From a virus, in the IMG/VR virus record IMGVR_UViG_3300049489_001303, positions 106,145-170,144 of that record: a stretch of DNA of 64,000 bases. One strand, 5' to 3'. A program made the position numbers and the translations under genes. Positions 63,309 through 64,000 of this stretch are shown here, piece after piece. How positions within the stretch are numbered: the stretch's first letter is position 1; each line of letters starts with the position of its first letter. The notes below the pieces were generated by a model. It saw only the letters and a list, made by a program, of their open reading frames with translations, had not been told where the DNA came from and searched no databases.

Positions 63309-63586
63309 CTGTACCTCACCAGCGACTCATAGGTGCTGTTGCCGTTACCATTGTGAGCAAACGCTGCAAGGCCGCCGCCTGTTCGGGAGCCATACAGGTC
63401 ATAGTTGTGGCGCTCTGCCCAGGGGATCCTCGCAGTGATAAACGCCCAATCCTCATCGTAGCGACTCCCATCCATACCGCCCCCGCTTATGCGCCGGTCA
63501 GTGAGTAGCAGATAATTCAAGTCTCCTACTCCACTGTACAGCCCTATGGCTTGTACACGTGGGTCTGAGCCAAATGTCAGTTGCAT
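63299..63586 (-). CDS. Glycine-rich microprotein C2
   Basis: MQLT..DPRV..GGGL.AF..GNG..LVRYRCN. Confidence 0.7.
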   Translation of the reverse strand: MQLTFGSDPRVQAIGLYSGVGDLNYLLLTDRRISGGGMDGSRYDEDWAFITARIPWAERHNYDLYGSRTGGGLAAFAHNGNGNSTYESLVRYRCN

Positions 63587-63879
63587 CTGTACTTCTCCAG
63601 TTTAAACTCACCTTGACTCTGTCCATCGCCGCTGGAACCGAATGCTGTGATGCCGCCGCCCAGCCCGCCGCCAGAGAACTTCAACTGCCTGGCGGTGGAT
63701 CTGCCGCTTATGTGCTCTACCAATTCAAAGTTTTCATAGCCTAGACCTGAACCCATGCCGGATCCCCCAATCTGAATGCTGGTGTTAAGTCCTAAACACA
63801 GCATATAAAAATCGTTCCCTACCCCGCAACCCAAGACCGCTACACGGGGATCTAAGTCATTGTCTTGTGTCAACAGCAT
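63577..63879 (-). CDS. Glycine-rich microprotein C3
   Basis: MLLT..DPRV..GGGLGGGITAFGSSGDGQSQG..YRCN. Confidence 0.7.
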   Translation of the reverse strand: MLLTQDNDLDPRVAVLGCGVGNDFYMLCLGLNTSIQIGGSGMGSGLGYENFELVEHISGRSTARQLKFSGGGLGGGITAFGSSGDGQSQGEFKLEKYRCN

Positions 63880-63965
63880 CTGTACCTCACCAAGTTGCGG
63901 TCGCCCTGGCTCTGCCCATCGCCGCTGGAACCGAATGCTGTGATGCCGCCGCCCAGCCCGCCGCC
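63623..63965. repeat. Perfect 50-bp direct repeat (63623-63672 and 63916-63965)
   Basis: CCATCGCCGCTGGAACCGAATGCTGTGATGCCGCCGCCCAGCCCGCCGCC appears twice. Confidence 0.9.
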
Positions 63966-64000
63966 CAGCCCACCTCCGCCGCTCTGCAGCTTCCAGATGA
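63870..64000 (-). CDS. Glycine-rich microprotein C4, 5' end outside window
   Basis: ...GGGLGGGITAFGSSGDGQSQGDRNLVRYRCC*. Confidence 0.65.
   Translation of the reverse strand, partial: IWKLQSGGGGLGGGLGGGITAFGSSGDGQSQGDRNLVRYRCC

Overview
This window is a 64-kb segment of a large (jumbo-type) contractile-tailed bacteriophage in the standard genetic code. No rRNA, tRNA, integrase, CRISPR array or reverse transcriptase is visible. Positions 1-41.5 kb form one minus-strand tail/baseplate module. It contains a tail assembly chaperone with a predicted -1 frameshift, a tape-measure-like gene, a tube-initiator-like gene, and five large fibre/spike genes, three of them with Gly-X-Thr collagen repeats. 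Two glycosyltransferases (GT25 and GT2-TPR) sit among the fibre genes. The module also holds a hub with an inserted M15 peptidase, a sigma-70-family factor, a degenerate amidase, and gp25-like and baseplate-J-like genes. Positions 41.6-64 kb are an accessory region of short genes (SLT, dNMP kinase, DUF6745-like, DUF3268-like, holin-like, Asp-repeat lipoprotein). Four patterns stand out. (1) About nine otherwise unrelated proteins share an N-terminal leader ending in K-x-A, often with glycine-zipper helices; this is a candidate capsid-targeting/cleavage signal for packaged cargo. (2) At least 13 translationally coupled glycine-rich microproteins lie in three arrays, each with a tiny single-TM peptide. 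(3) The glycosyltransferases and collagen fibres suggest a BclA-like virion glycosylation system. (4) A candidate ~170-nt structured ncRNA is bounded by a promoter motif and a terminator. All family calls come from motif recognition by eye; no database searches were run.
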